Shown: positions 20,150 to 33,472 of the stretch, piece by piece
Layout: each line of letters opens with the position of its first letter
How positions within the stretch are numbered: the first letter of the stretch is position 1
NCBI GenBank assembly: GCA_002842285.1
Contig: PHCJ01000015.1
Coordinates: 278-64,277, forward strand
DNA: 64,000 nt
Source: Betaproteobacteria bacterium HGW-Betaproteobacteria-22
GTDB taxonomy: Bacteria; Pseudomonadota; Gammaproteobacteria; Burkholderiales; Methylophilaceae
Direction of reading: 5' to 3'
Position numbers and translations under genes: made by a program
Notes under the pieces: generated by a model
Databases searched by the model: none
The model's input: only the letters and a program-made list of their open reading frames with translations
Told to the model about the DNA's origin: nothing

Positions 20150-20818
20150 TCAGCTGGTACCACCTAGTAATGGAACAAATCTGACTGCTTCCAGTTTTGT
20201 TTGTCGATAATCATTGGCTGACAGGCGTTCAACCAAATAGAGGGTCTGCTCATCAGTGCCGACAGGAATGACCATGCGACCGCCAACCGCCAATTGATCC
20301 AGCAGGTCCTGCGGGATATGACTGCCGGCAGCAGTCACAATGATGGCATCAAATGGTGCAAGCTGCGGCAGGCCAAGCGTGCCATCTGCATGATCCAGCT
20401 TGACATTGACGCATTTGAGTTCGCGCAGGTGTCCGCGTGCCTTCATTACCAGCGGTCTAATGCGCTCTACCGAGTATACTTCTTTAGCTATGCGTGAGAG
20501 TACAGCAGTTTGATAGCCGCAGCCGGTGCCGATTTCAAGCACTTTTTGCAGTGGTTGGCCATTGCGCAACAACTCTGACATGCGCGCCACAATGTAGGGT
20601 TGGGAGATAGTCTGACCAAAGCCTATGGGCAGGGACACATCCTCATAAGCGCGGATAGAGAGTGCTTCATCTACAAAAATATGCCGGGGTATGCTACCTA
20701 TGGCGGAGAGTACAACCTCGTCCTTAATGCCTTGCTCACGTAAACGATTTAGCATGCGTTCACGTGTCCGCTGTGAAGTCATGCCTATTCCGTTCTGTGT
20801 TGATCTAATGAGTGCCAC
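20150..20818 (-). CDS. pcm: Protein-L-isoaspartate O-methyltransferase
   Basis: [27 protein letters not shown]. Confidence 0.95.
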   Translation of the reverse strand: MALIRSTQNGIGMTSQRTRERMLNRLREQGIKDEVVLSAIGSIPRHIFVDEALSIRAYEDVSLPIGFGQTISQPYIVARMSELLRNGQPLQKVLEIGTGCGYQTAVLSRIAKEVYSVERIRPLVMKARGHLRELKCVNVKLDHADGTLGLPQLAPFDAIIVTAAGSHIPQDLLDQLAVGGRMVIPVGTDEQTLYLVERLSANDYRQTKLEAVRFVPLLGGTS

Positions 20819-20821
20819 GAT

Positions 20822-21580
20822 TTAATTCCATTGTGATGCGTTTGAGAGCCATTCTCTGATGTCATTTAATTGTGTATGGCTGGTTAAATCTACCTGTATT
20901 GGTGAAATGGAAATTTTGTTATTGGCTATGGCGTAAAAGTCGGTGCCTTCACCACCGTCGTTTGGCTGTCCTGCCGCACCTACCCAGTAAACGGTTTCAT
21001 TGCGCGGCGTTTTAAGCTGCACCACTGGTTCGGCCTTGTGGCGCTTACCTAAACGTGTGATGCTTCGGCCCTGCAATTCTTCATAGGGGATGTCAGGCAC
21101 ATTTACATTCAGTAATGTGGATGACTTGAATCCCTGCTGCTGGTAATGCTGGACCAGTTCGACTGCCACGCGTGCCGCTGTTTCAAAATGCGTGGAATTG
21201 TGCTGTGACATTGAGACTGCGATAGAGGGGATGCCTAGTAAATAACCTTCCATCGCCGCGGCTACAGTGCCCGAGTAAATAGTGTCATCGCCCATATTGG
21301 CGCCATCGTTAATGCCGCTGATAACCATGTCTGGCATTTTATCCATTAAGCCTGTGAGTGCAATATGTACGCAATCTGTGGGTGTGCCATTCACATAAAA
21401 AAAGCCATTACCGGCTTTTCTTACGCTTAACGGGCGATCCAGTGTCAGTGAATTGCTCGCGCCACTGCGGTTTCTTTCAGGTGCTACTACGGTGATATCG
21501 GCTATTTTAGCGATATGCTCAGCCAGCACTGCCAGACCTGGTGCAAAATAGCCATCATCATTAGAGAGCAGTATTTTCAT
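20822..21580 (-). CDS. surE: 5'/3'-nucleotidase SurE
   Basis: LLSNDDG, GTPTDCV, SGTVAAA. Confidence 0.97.
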   Translation of the reverse strand: MKILLSNDDGYFAPGLAVLAEHIAKIADITVVAPERNRSGASNSLTLDRPLSVRKAGNGFFYVNGTPTDCVHIALTGLMDKMPDMVISGINDGANMGDDTIYSGTVAAAMEGYLLGIPSIAVSMSQHNSTHFETAARVAVELVQHYQQQGFKSSTLLNVNVPDIPYEELQGRSITRLGKRHKAEPVVQLKTPRNETVYWVGAAGQPNDGGEGTDFYAIANNKISISPIQVDLTSHTQLNDIREWLSNASQWN

Positions 21581-21760
21581 AAATCACTTTAATTATTATG
21601 TCTTATTGCCTAGATTATAGTAGAAGAAGGCTGGTTTGGTGCGGCGTTGACCAGAAAAACTTGGGCTAAACATGCATTTTGTGATGTTAGTGCTTCAGAT
21701 TTTTTTCTAAACTGATGTGTCTAAACCGGTGTGTGTAGTGCCTTGGACGGAACTGGTGTA

Positions 21761-22114
21761 TTAGGGGCTGCGGGTTAGGCGTGCATAAGTGATTGCACAG
21801 GTAAAAAAAATCACTGTCAGCAATATTTCAACCATAGCCAGTTGCGATGAAACGCCTCCGTCAGACCATGCCCGTACGATGCCTTCGGTAAAGTAGAGCA
21901 ATATGAACATGCTTGCCCATTTATAGGTGTAGCGTTTACCGTGCAGTATGCCAAACAAAGGCAATAGCAGTGGTACGGCTTTAAGCACAAGTAGCGAGCC
22001 ACCTGGCCGCAGTGGGGCAAGCAGGGTTTCCCATGCGAGTACAAGCATGATCAGTGCAAGCAGGCTGGCTGAAGCACCAAATTTAAGTTTTCTGATAATT
22101 AGGCTGGTCTGCAT
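21761..22114 (-). CDS. DUF2069-like membrane protein
   Basis: WETLLAPLRPGGS, RYTYKWASM, YFTEG. Confidence 0.75.
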   Translation of the reverse strand: MQTSLIIRKLKFGASASLLALIMLVLAWETLLAPLRPGGSLLVLKAVPLLLPLFGILHGKRYTYKWASMFILLYFTEGIVRAWSDGGVSSQLAMVEILLTVIFFTCAITYARLTRSP

Positions 22115-22123
22115 ATTGGTTTT

Positions 22124-22849
22124 CTAGTTGGTTTGGCAGCACCTGGATAAGCTCACAAGCGCCGCTCTTGCTGAGGCAGCATCATGGATTGGCTGTTCAA
22201 AATTAAAGCGTAAAAGCGTGCTGCTATCATGCTGTTTTGCGCAGACATCAAAGCCGTCACAGTCTATGCCTAACATTTGTGCATCCATTGCCTCTACAGC
22301 ATGGATGTGTTTGCAATAGCTAATCAGGCTGTCAGTGTGATCCGCATTCATGTGGGCAATGATTGCAGCCTCCTGGCTTGCCAGCGGCGTGCCAATATCA
22401 AGATCGGCGGTGAGTGCATTCTCTGAAACCCAGCTCATTTTGCCAAAGCCGCCAATGTAGCGCAATTGGCTGATTTCTATGCGATAAAAGGAAAAATCAT
22501 GCATGTCAAAGTAACTGCTGGTTTGCGGCAAATAACGCAAATAACGCGCACGTAATTCGGCATCTTCATCTTTGTTGATTGTGTAGGCTTCACCCAGCAA
22601 CGTTAGTCTTGCGTTGGCTTGTAAGTCACCGTCTCCTGCAAAAACCAGCAATGATACTTTAGGGTTGGCCGCGATGTTTTTGGTGTGCTCGGCCAGGGTG
22701 CTGATTAAAATGACCGGTTGGCACGCATGGCTCAGCACAAATGGCGTTACCGAGCCAAAGGGATAGCCCGCAAACTTTGCAGAATGTGTAGAAAGTATTC
22801 CGTTGCGTGTGCTGCGTAGAAATAAACGTGCTTCTTTATTTAAGCTCAT
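22124..22849 (-). CDS. HugZ-like split-barrel heme/flavin-binding protein (PNPOx-like plus DUF2470)
   Basis: GYPFGS, LAEHTKNI, IGGFG and C-terminal HMNADH. Confidence 0.8.
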   Translation of the reverse strand: MSLNKEARLFLRSTRNGILSTHSAKFAGYPFGSVTPFVLSHACQPVILISTLAEHTKNIAANPKVSLLVFAGDGDLQANARLTLLGEAYTINKDEDAELRARYLRYLPQTSSYFDMHDFSFYRIEISQLRYIGGFGKMSWVSENALTADLDIGTPLASQEAAIIAHMNADHTDSLISYCKHIHAVEAMDAQMLGIDCDGFDVCAKQHDSSTLLRFNFEQPIHDAASARAALVSLSRCCQTN

Positions 22850-22857
22850 GGTCGAAG

Positions 22858-24278
<1,421 letters not shown>

Positions 24279-24299
24279 TAGTGTTTGTCCGTGACTGGT

Positions 24300-27200
24300 T
24301 TACTTAAAACTGAAAGTATATAACACATCTACTGCACTTTCAGTGCCGGCTTCGGCACGCAGCAACCAGCGCGGGGTGATGTTAAAAGTAAGTCTTGCAA
24401 CGTCGAGCAGGCCGCTCACGCTTTTTTCATAGCTCAGATAGAGTTTTGAACTCAGACGCTTGCCAAAGACTAGGGCAGCACTTTCTGCGTCCCCTCCTGA
24501 AAAACTGAACTCATCCAGACCGGCAGCGCGGGCAAGTTGGGTTTGCAAGGGGATGGACTGCCCCTGCGATAGCAGTGCGCCAGCGGCCAACGATAGCATT
24601 GCATAATCATTCTTTCCAGCATTGTCCATGCCGTGGCCGAGTACCAGCCAGGATAGTTTTTCACTTTCCGGAACGTCCGGAGTGGACACTAATTTGGTGA
24701 CCGGCATGATGGCGTTCCCTGTGATTTCCACACCTGCATTGATTGGTTTGCTATTGCGCATTGCGCGGATATTGATACCCGGGTTGTCCATGGGGCCACT
24801 AAAGTTAAAAATGCCACGCTCTATGTTTAGCACTTGCCCATACGCCATATAAGTGCCCTGAGTGATCTTGATGCTGCCTTCGGTGTGCGGGCGATATTGC
24901 GTGAGCCCTGTGAGAATGACTGCGCCTGAAAGTATGGTATCTAAGCCTTGCCCACGTAATGTAGTGTCTTTGCCAAGGTCGATGCGTAATCCATTAAGCA
25001 GGATGCGTAGCGGTGCTTCCTTGTTGTAGATGTTTGTGCCAACGATTTCTACATCATCACTCAGGGTGGGGGTGTTGCTGTCGTCGAGTGCTATCAGGCC
25101 TTTTTTGACCTCTATATTGCCTGAAATAGTGAGCAGGTCATTTTCCAGTGTGGATTTTCCCTTGCCATTCAGTGTTAACAGGCGGTCTGTTCTGGATATG
25201 GCGGTGAAGTCCTGTGCAGCCCACTCAAGATCGATGCTTGGGTTTTTGGATTCAAATAACATGAAGCCATTGATATTCACCTTGCCATTACCCCCGTCGA
25301 ATGAAGCTTGCTGAATCAGCAGTTTGTTTTTTTCAAAAATGGCATTTAATTTGCCATTTGATAGTGCCAGTCCTTCAGAAATCAGGGTGATTGCGAGGTG
25401 TTCAGCATTTGCGTGACCTGTCAGGTTGGGGGCATCGAGCGTGCCATTAGCCTGCATTGCCAGATCAACTTTTCCTTGTAGATGAGCATGTTTTAATGTA
25501 GCCGGCAATGGTAGCCATGCCAGTGAATTTAGCTTGAGTGTGGCGTTCATGATCAGAGGGGCGTTGCTCAACAGGCTGTAACCGGTTGCCGTTTCGCTGA
25601 TTTCAGTGCGCAGTGCAATGCGCGCCTGACCTAAATCCTCTGCATCCAGTTCAGCACTCAATTCAATCTGATTGTTGTTAGCCGTGACGGTGGCCTGCGC
25701 ATTGTTCAGCATAATGGGCTGAGTTTCACCTGATTGGTTGGTTAGCGTGAGGTTGTTACCGTGATGTTGTATTTTGAGCTTTCCGTTCAGACGGTTATGC
25801 TGATGGTTGATATTCCAATTACCTGAAAATAAAGCTTCACCAGTGACGTTGTCTGGTCGCCAGTAGGGGGAGATGAGTGTGTTGAAAAGGGAAATGGCTT
25901 CAAACTCGCCGCGGCTAATGAGCCCGGTCTGGTCTAATTGCAGGTGCGCAATGGAAATTTTGCCCTGGGGGAGTTGAAGGGCACCATTTTGCAACGATAT
26001 CATTTGTCCGGTTAAACTAAGCTGTGCCGGAGCGATGAGTTGTATGCTGCTGACGGCTTCAGGATTAGTGGTGTCTATGTTTTTTCGGTAGTTAAATGAT
26101 TGCAAAACGCCTTGCCACGCAGTGTAGCCTGTCAAGCCGCCTTGTAATGCACTTTCAACTTGATGTTGGGCATTGCTTGCAGAGAGCTTAATGAGGTGGG
26201 CGGCACGTGTGCCCGTAATGGCGACTTGTGCATTCGAGGCGGGGTGTGCGTTTAATTGCAAATCTTCTATGTTGAAGCCGGCAACAGTGTTGCCGTTGGC
26301 ATCGGGTGAAATGTCAGCTTCGCCACGCATGGAGGCAAAGCTAAGTGTATTGCCATGTTTTATGTCTTTGGCGAGTAGTTTTAAATTGAGTCCCAAGTGT
26401 TCAACTTCGCCAAAGATGTTGCCATCTGCGGTTAATTTTCCTGAAAAATCTGGATTGAGTAGTTGCAAGTCGTTGAGTGTCAATTGCCATGCCAGGTTGT
26501 TTGACTGTGGCCCTAGCGTGCCGTCTGCCTGCAAGTGGTTGTCGCCTATGCTGGTGTGCATGGTGATGTGATTTAAGTTGTCATGCGTGATATTGAGTTG
26601 ACCGTTTATGGCTAAGGGGGCGTTTTGCCATAGGCTGTCGTGCGTTTTAAATGTTATATCGAAAGCGGGGCTGGGGTTTAGCCTGCCTTGCACTAGCAGA
26701 TCCAGGTTAATGATGCCTTGTGGTGGCATCAGTTTGGAAAACCCTGTCAGTGCGTTGGTTTGCAGTCCTGAGATGCTGGTATTGATGGTGATGGCGTAAT
26801 CGTGATGTAGTGCAACTGTGCCTTCGGCTTTAATTTGAGCGATGCTGCTTAAGGTTGTGCTTGTGTTTTGTACAATGCTGAATTTTTCTTGTTCCAGTGT
26901 CAAGAGGCTTATACTGTTGAAATGGATTGTATTTAAATTGCCTGAAATTGTAGTTTTAATGTCAAATGGCAACGGTTTGTTATGTTGCTTTAAAGATCCC
27001 CAGCCATCAATTGCATAGGGCTGTTGGGTTTGCAGGTTCAAACTTGCCTGTGCTTGCCCCCAATCGGTATCTGCCTGTACTAAATTAAGATTTAAGGTTT
27101 TTTTATCACCTCTGAAGTTGAATGACACATGGTGAAACACCTGTTGCTTCTCAGCCTGAACTATCAGGATTTCCTCAATCACAGCCTGTTTGATGTTTAA

Positions 27201-27491
27201 ATCAAGCGGTAAAACAATGCGGTCTGGCAAGGTTGCGTTACCATTCTGATCTTCAGTGATGGTGATTTTCAGGCGTTTGGCCTTGAGCTCTTCGATGTCG
27301 AGTTTTTCAGGTGCGGTTGGTGAGAGCTGCCAGCGAGCGCTGACTTTCTCGAGTTTGAGGTGAATATGGTCGATGTCGTAGCTGAATTTATCCAGGCTGG
27401 AGCTCGCACTGATAGTCATTTCGCTGTAAGCGGGTGTGAACAGCACGAGCGTGCAGCATAGTAATATAAACGGAAAGATACGTTGCCACAT
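24300..27491 (-). CDS. tamB: Translocation/assembly module TamB
   Basis: 1063 aa with N-terminal anchor and DUF490-like C-terminus (GKRLSSKLYLSYE...DVLYTFSFK); follows tamA. Confidence 0.85.
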   Translation of the reverse strand: MWQRIFPFILLCCTLVLFTPAYSEMTISASSSLDKFSYDIDHIHLKLEKVSARWQLSPTAPEKLDIEELKAKRLKITITEDQNGNATLPDRIVLPLDLNIKQAVIEEILIVQAEKQQVFHHVSFNFRGDKKTLNLNLVQADTDWGQAQASLNLQTQQPYAIDGWGSLKQHNKPLPFDIKTTISGNLNTIHFNSISLLTLEQEKFSIVQNTSTTLSSIAQIKAEGTVALHHDYAITINTSISGLQTNALTGFSKLMPPQGIINLDLLVQGRLNPSPAFDITFKTHDSLWQNAPLAINGQLNITHDNLNHITMHTSIGDNHLQADGTLGPQSNNLAWQLTLNDLQLLNPDFSGKLTADGNIFGEVEHLGLNLKLLAKDIKHGNTLSFASMRGEADISPDANGNTVAGFNIEDLQLNAHPASNAQVAITGTRAAHLIKLSASNAQHQVESALQGGLTGYTAWQGVLQSFNYRKNIDTTNPEAVSSIQLIAPAQLSLTGQMISLQNGALQLPQGKISIAHLQLDQTGLISRGEFEAISLFNTLISPYWRPDNVTGEALFSGNWNINHQHNRLNGKLKIQHHGNNLTLTNQSGETQPIMLNNAQATVTANNNQIELSAELDAEDLGQARIALRTEISETATGYSLLSNAPLIMNATLKLNSLAWLPLPATLKHAHLQGKVDLAMQANGTLDAPNLTGHANAEHLAITLISEGLALSNGKLNAIFEKNKLLIQQASFDGGNGKVNINGFMLFESKNPSIDLEWAAQDFTAISRTDRLLTLNGKGKSTLENDLLTISGNIEVKKGLIALDDSNTPTLSDDVEIVGTNIYNKEAPLRILLNGLRIDLGKDTTLRGQGLDTILSGAVILTGLTQYRPHTEGSIKITQGTYMAYGQVLNIERGIFNFSGPMDNPGINIRAMRNSKPINAGVEITGNAIMPVTKLVSTPDVPESEKLSWLVLGHGMDNAGKNDYAMLSLAAGALLSQGQSIPLQTQLARAAGLDEFSFSGGDAESAALVFGKRLSSKLYLSYEKSVSGLLDVARLTFNITPRWLLRAEAGTESAVDVLYTFSFK

Positions 27492-29260
27492 TAAAAAGCT
27501 ACTCCAATATTAAAGTGCATACGGTATTCGTCGGTTCTCTGTCCGTAGGCAATGTCGGCGCCAATGGGGCCGATAGGGCTTTTCCAGCGTGCACCCAGCC
27601 CATAGCCCGTAGCGGGATTAAGCGTTTGTGTAGTGTTTGCGGCATCACCAAAATCAAAAAATACTGCTGCACCCCAGCTTGGCGTGAGCCATTGAATCAT
27701 TTCCAGACTACCCGTCACCAGGTAGCGGCCACCTACAATGGCATCGCCTTGTTCTACCCCCAAGCTTTGGTAAGCGTAACCACGCACGGACTGATCACCC
27801 CCTGCACGAAATAAAAATGCCGCAGGGGCGCTGTTTTTGCCGTTGACCAAGCCCAGCTCTGCGCGTGCAATCAGTTGCGTGCTGGCAGTAATGGGATAAT
27901 AAGTCTGACCTTTAAGGTAAGTCTGTAAAAACCGCCCGCTAGAGAGTTGTTCAATCGGTGCGCCTTCAAATTGCACATTGAGTAAATAGCCGCGCGTAGG
28001 TGATAAATCATGATCGGTACGCCTGAGTGTGATGCCGTAGCCAATGGTGGCAGAGTAGTTTGAAGAAGATGGCGCACCGTCAAGGTTCACATGCTCGGTG
28101 AGCAGGTTAGCGCCTACATATTGCTCGCGTTTGCGGCCGCCCCAGGCGCGCTTGGCACCTACTTTGGAACTGGTGGTGGCCTGACCCTCAATGCTAGCAT
28201 GGTCGACTGCAGCGCTTAGACTGTCCCTGTAGCCTTCCGCTGTTGTGGGGAGGCGAATCTGAGAGCTGATCGACTGGGCTTTTTGCTCAACTTTCAGGCT
28301 GTTACTCATGCGCCAGCCACGATTGAATAGATTTAAAATGCTCAGCGTGGCAGTTGTTCTGGCACCGGTATTGGTGCTAAATCCAGCGCCAAGCCCCAGT
28401 TTGATCGATTGATTTTCCTTTACAGTTACCAAAATAGGTGCGCTCGTGATGCGTTGACCTTTGTCGTCTGTCGCTGATGTGTTGGCGCGCACTTCAACAC
28501 TGCTAAAATAGCCGCTTTCCTGTAGCCGTGACTGAAAAGTGAGTAAAGCTGATTGGTTATACTCACTGCCGGGTTTGATCGGGTTAAGGTTTTCAACCAC
28601 ACTGGCGGGGTATCGCTCTAGCCCCTGAATGGATAAGGAACCAAATTGAACTGGTGCGCCGCTATCCACTTCTATCAGCAGGCTGGCACTGCTATCTGCC
28701 GGGTTGATGGTGGCTTTGCTGTTGCTGATGGCGGCATTTGGGTAGCGCGAGATCAGCAAACTCACTAGCAATTGTCGTTTTGCCTCATCCCAAGCATCTT
28801 GCGTGAACTGCTCCCCTTGCTTGAGTGCCCAGTTTTCCTGCAGGCTTTGCATGCTGGGAGGTGCGTGTGTTGCTGGTTGTGTGATGCCCCCTGCGAATTG
28901 AATGTCAATTTTATTAACTTTTGTAGGCGCACCTAACAATACTTTGAATTTGGCCAGACTCACACCGTTTTGTATGGACATGGCAGGCAGGATTTGGGGT
29001 GAAAAATAGCCCTCTGTTGCCAGTAAGTTTTGGATTTCCTGGGGCGTAATCGCGTATAAACGCCGCCATTCAGTTGCTGTGGTGCGTGGATTGTCGCGTG
29101 ATTTAACTATGGACAAGTGTTTGTTTAGTAGCTCGCTCACTGAGCTGGGGGAGTCTATTTCAAGCTGAAAGTTATTATCCGCCGCAACCGTATTGCCTGA
29201 AAAAATGGAGAGACATAGGTAAATCAGCAGGTGTTTGGCGTAGGCTAAACAGTCCTGCAT
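27491..29260 (-). CDS. tamA: Omp85-family TamA
   Basis: POTRA region, FRAGGDQSVRGY, C-terminal HFNIGVAF; probable ATG at 29260. Confidence 0.88.
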   Translation of the reverse strand: MQDCLAYAKHLLIYLCLSIFSGNTVAADNNFQLEIDSPSSVSELLNKHLSIVKSRDNPRTTATEWRRLYAITPQEIQNLLATEGYFSPQILPAMSIQNGVSLAKFKVLLGAPTKVNKIDIQFAGGITQPATHAPPSMQSLQENWALKQGEQFTQDAWDEAKRQLLVSLLISRYPNAAISNSKATINPADSSASLLIEVDSGAPVQFGSLSIQGLERYPASVVENLNPIKPGSEYNQSALLTFQSRLQESGYFSSVEVRANTSATDDKGQRITSAPILVTVKENQSIKLGLGAGFSTNTGARTTATLSILNLFNRGWRMSNSLKVEQKAQSISSQIRLPTTAEGYRDSLSAAVDHASIEGQATTSSKVGAKRAWGGRKREQYVGANLLTEHVNLDGAPSSSNYSATIGYGITLRRTDHDLSPTRGYLLNVQFEGAPIEQLSSGRFLQTYLKGQTYYPITASTQLIARAELGLVNGKNSAPAAFLFRAGGDQSVRGYAYQSLGVEQGDAIVGGRYLVTGSLEMIQWLTPSWGAAVFFDFGDAANTTQTLNPATGYGLGARWKSPIGPIGADIAYGQRTDEYRMHFNIGVAF

Positions 29261-29279
29261 GATTGACCTGTGATGAATC

Positions 29280-30656
<1,377 letters not shown>

Positions 30657-30727
30657 TCAAACGGTTGGTTCGGTAAGATGCTATTTTACCCGAAATGTGG
30701 TGGTCATGTCAGCCGTGACTTAAGTAG

Positions 30728-30758
30728 TAACAGGCGCAGAAAGTGGCTGCGCCTGTTA
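30728..30758. terminator. 12-bp stem hairpin downstream of the CmpX-like gene
   Basis: TAACAGGCGCAG-AAAGTGG-CTGCGCCTGTTA; weak U tract. Confidence 0.55.
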
Positions 30759-30769
30759 AGGCTCATGGA

Positions 30770-32230
30770 TTATTTCTTATTGATTAAATGACTTAGCCAA
30801 TGATCCATCAACTTGCCCGCAGCTTCTCTGCCACCAAGACCAAAGGATAAAGCAACGGCGACGGCAATCGCACCCAGTGTTAAACCAAACGCAAGGTTGA
30901 CAATGTCATCTGCAATGCCCATTGCTCGCAAGCCCATGGCAATTACCAATGCAAGAATTGCATAACGCGCAAGGCTTGCTAGCCCTTTGCTATTTGCGCC
31001 ACTAGCCCGGTCAATGGCATTGTAGGCAACGTTGGCAAGCCAGAAGCCAATCACCAAAATGGCAGAACCCAATGCGACACTGCCACCAAAGTTAATGAAT
31101 GTGCTGACAATTTCACTGACTTGATAAAACCCAAGTTGATTAGCCGCTTCAACTGAAGCGAACAGCATGGCAAAAAACAAGGCTATTTTTCCGGCAACTG
31201 CTGAGGCGCTGGTGTTTTTAAAGGCATATTTAAGACCAATATGATTTGGTATGGTATTAAATCCTATCGTTTCCAATAGACTCGCTAGAAATTTCGCTGC
31301 AAATGAGGCCACAATCCAGGTCACAATCAGTATTAAGGCGGCGGCAATAATGTGGGGAACTGAAGACATCAGCATGCCAAGCATGTCTGTCGCTGGTTTA
31401 GATATTGCTTCAATTTTTAAAGCATCCAATGCGGCAATCAGTGAAGGAACAAACACCACTAAAAAGACTAATATTCCGGCTATTTCAGAGAGATGCATGT
31501 TTTTAGTCGTGCCTGATTGAGTGATAAAATTATCCGCACCAAACGAACGTAATAAATTCACAGATAAACTACGTAATACGGTTGCAATTATCCAGCCTAC
31601 GCCGCCAATCACCACTGCAGCAAACACATTTGGAACAATTTCTAAAGATTTAGTCACCATATCACGCAAAGGGTCCAGTAAACCTTGCATTTCCAGAGCG
31701 CCTAGAATGGCGGGCACAAAAAGCAAAATAATGATCCAGTACATGGCGTTGCCTAAGCTTTGACTGATGGGTGCCATGCCGGCATGTTCGGACAGTTTTT
31801 CATCCAGCGTGGTGGCGCCTAATGCTTTATTTGCACTGATTCTTACAACACTTGCCAGCAACCACGCTGCCAATGCTAAGAATAAGCCAGCAAACAGTCG
31901 TGGCGCAAAGGCAAAAACCTGGTTGGTTAGCTCGGAAACCGGACCTGATACGGTACCCAGGTTTAAGGAGCTGAATACCGCAATTAAGGTGAGTAGCAAT
32001 ACAATCCAGAACAAAATAATGGCAAAAATATTTTCCAGATGAAGCTTTTGCCCTGTAAGGCCGTAGATTTTTTCGTTGAGCTTTAAAAGCCCTAAGCCTC
32101 GACGTGCCGCCGCCCGAACGATTACGGCAAGTATCCAGCCGATGAATAATATTGCGGCGGCACTCAGCCACTGCGGAAAGCTGCCGCCGACATTGCTAAT
32201 GGCCGATGACCATGCTGTATTCAAATCCAT
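30770..32230 (-). CDS. CmpX/mechanosensitive-channel-like membrane protein with repeated TM-helix units
   Basis: About five P..AA..IL..GW..A repeats; C-terminal ALSFGLGGREAA. Confidence 0.75.
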   Translation of the reverse strand: MDLNTAWSSAISNVGGSFPQWLSAAAILFIGWILAVIVRAAARRGLGLLKLNEKIYGLTGQKLHLENIFAIILFWIVLLLTLIAVFSSLNLGTVSGPVSELTNQVFAFAPRLFAGLFLALAAWLLASVVRISANKALGATTLDEKLSEHAGMAPISQSLGNAMYWIIILLFVPAILGALEMQGLLDPLRDMVTKSLEIVPNVFAAVVIGGVGWIIATVLRSLSVNLLRSFGADNFITQSGTTKNMHLSEIAGILVFLVVFVPSLIAALDALKIEAISKPATDMLGMLMSSVPHIIAAALILIVTWIVASFAAKFLASLLETIGFNTIPNHIGLKYAFKNTSASAVAGKIALFFAMLFASVEAANQLGFYQVSEIVSTFINFGGSVALGSAILVIGFWLANVAYNAIDRASGANSKGLASLARYAILALVIAMGLRAMGIADDIVNLAFGLTLGAIAVAVALSFGLGGREAAGKLMDHWLSHLINKK

Positions 32231-32361
32231 TTGTTTCTCCCTATTTTGTACTGATGAAATACTTTTAGTTGTTAGTACTGTCGTGATGGCGTTGAAGGGT
32301 AAATCAGAACACGTCAGATTTACCCTTCAGGTTTTACAGTGCTGGCTTTTGATTGCTCTTT

Positions 32362-33411
32362 TTATTTCGCATCTAAAATGACAATCTCAACCCGGCGGTT
32401 CTGCTGTTTACCTAAAGCTGTATCGTTACTGGCAACAGGCACTGTTTCTCCGAAACCACGTGCTGAGACACGGTTGAGATCAATGCCTTTTTCAATCAAG
32501 ACATTTTTTACGGCAATTGCACGACGCTCTGACAACACTTGGTTGTACTGATCTGCACCCGTTGAGTCAGTATGACCTTCAATTGAAATTGAGCGGTCAG
32601 GGTTGGCTTGCAAAAATGCCACGAGTTTATCCAGTGAGCTATTTGCGCGCGGATTCAGTTTGGCTTTGCCGGTGGCAAACAAGACATCACCTAGCGTCAA
32701 TACCATGCCGCGATCAGTTTTCTTGGCATTCAGTTCAGCGAGTTGATCTTCCATAGATTTGGCACGGGCACGCTCAGCTGCGGCCTGATCTTCCATTTCT
32801 TTTGCACGGGCACGATCTAGTGCGGCTTGTGCTTCAACTTCATCTGCTCGCGCTTTATCTAAAGCGGCTTGTTCTGCTGCAGATTTAGCTTGGGCGCTTG
32901 CTTTATCTGCTTTGGCATTTGCCGCCTGCGTTTCTGCCAGGCGTGCTTCAGCAAGCTTGCGTGCTGCTTCAGCTTGATTACGTTGATCCTCTGCATTTAA
33001 TCCGGCTTTCTCAGCCAATGTCCTCTGCTCTTCTGCCTCGCGTGTACGCGCCTCGATTAAAATGCCATCACGTTGACGCGATGCATTATTAACAGCCAGC
33101 TCGGCCTGCGCAACCTTCCCCGCTTGTAGCGCAGTTTCACTGCGTTGCTTAGCCAGATAGCTGTAATGTTCAACTGCCGCGTCTTTGCCCGCTTTTTGTG
33201 CGGCTTCGGCTTGTTGTAGGGCTTGTTGTGCGTTGCGCAATTCAACTGGAGCACTGCGTGCGACAGAAACGTCGTTAGACGCCTGTTCATAAGAGGCTTT
33301 TGCTTCATCAAGCGCAGCATATTGGTGACCTGATGTTGCACAGGCAGCCAGTGTTGCCGTGCCTAGCACAATCAGAGCGTTTTGCATAATTGATTTACGA
33401 GGTAGATTCAT
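32362..33411 (-). CDS. OmpA-family lipoprotein with DUF4398-like N-terminus and Ala-rich coiled coil
   Basis: Lipobox LAAC; TLGDVLF, IEGHTDSTG, LSERRA, NRRVEI. Confidence 0.9.
   Translation of the reverse strand: MNLPRKSIMQNALIVLGTATLAACATSGHQYAALDEAKASYEQASNDVSVARSAPVELRNAQQALQQAEAAQKAGKDAAVEHYSYLAKQRSETALQAGKVAQAELAVNNASRQRDGILIEARTREAEEQRTLAEKAGLNAEDQRNQAEAARKLAEARLAETQAANAKADKASAQAKSAAEQAALDKARADEVEAQAALDRARAKEMEDQAAAERARAKSMEDQLAELNAKKTDRGMVLTLGDVLFATGKAKLNPRANSSLDKLVAFLQANPDRSISIEGHTDSTGADQYNQVLSERRAIAVKNVLIEKGIDLNRVSARGFGETVPVASNDTALGKQQNRRVEIVILDAK
32745..32870. repeat. Three 42-bp (14-aa) tandem coding repeats in the OmpA-family gene
   Basis: GATCTTCCAT...GCACGGGCACG recurs at 32745 and 32787; protein units QAALDKARADEVEA/QAALDRARAKEMED/QAAAERARAKSMED. 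Confidence 0.8.
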
Positions 33412-33472
33412 AGTGTTATATCCTTAATAATTAAGTACTTATTTTTTCAGGTGAGCAGGTGTTTATTGCGTA

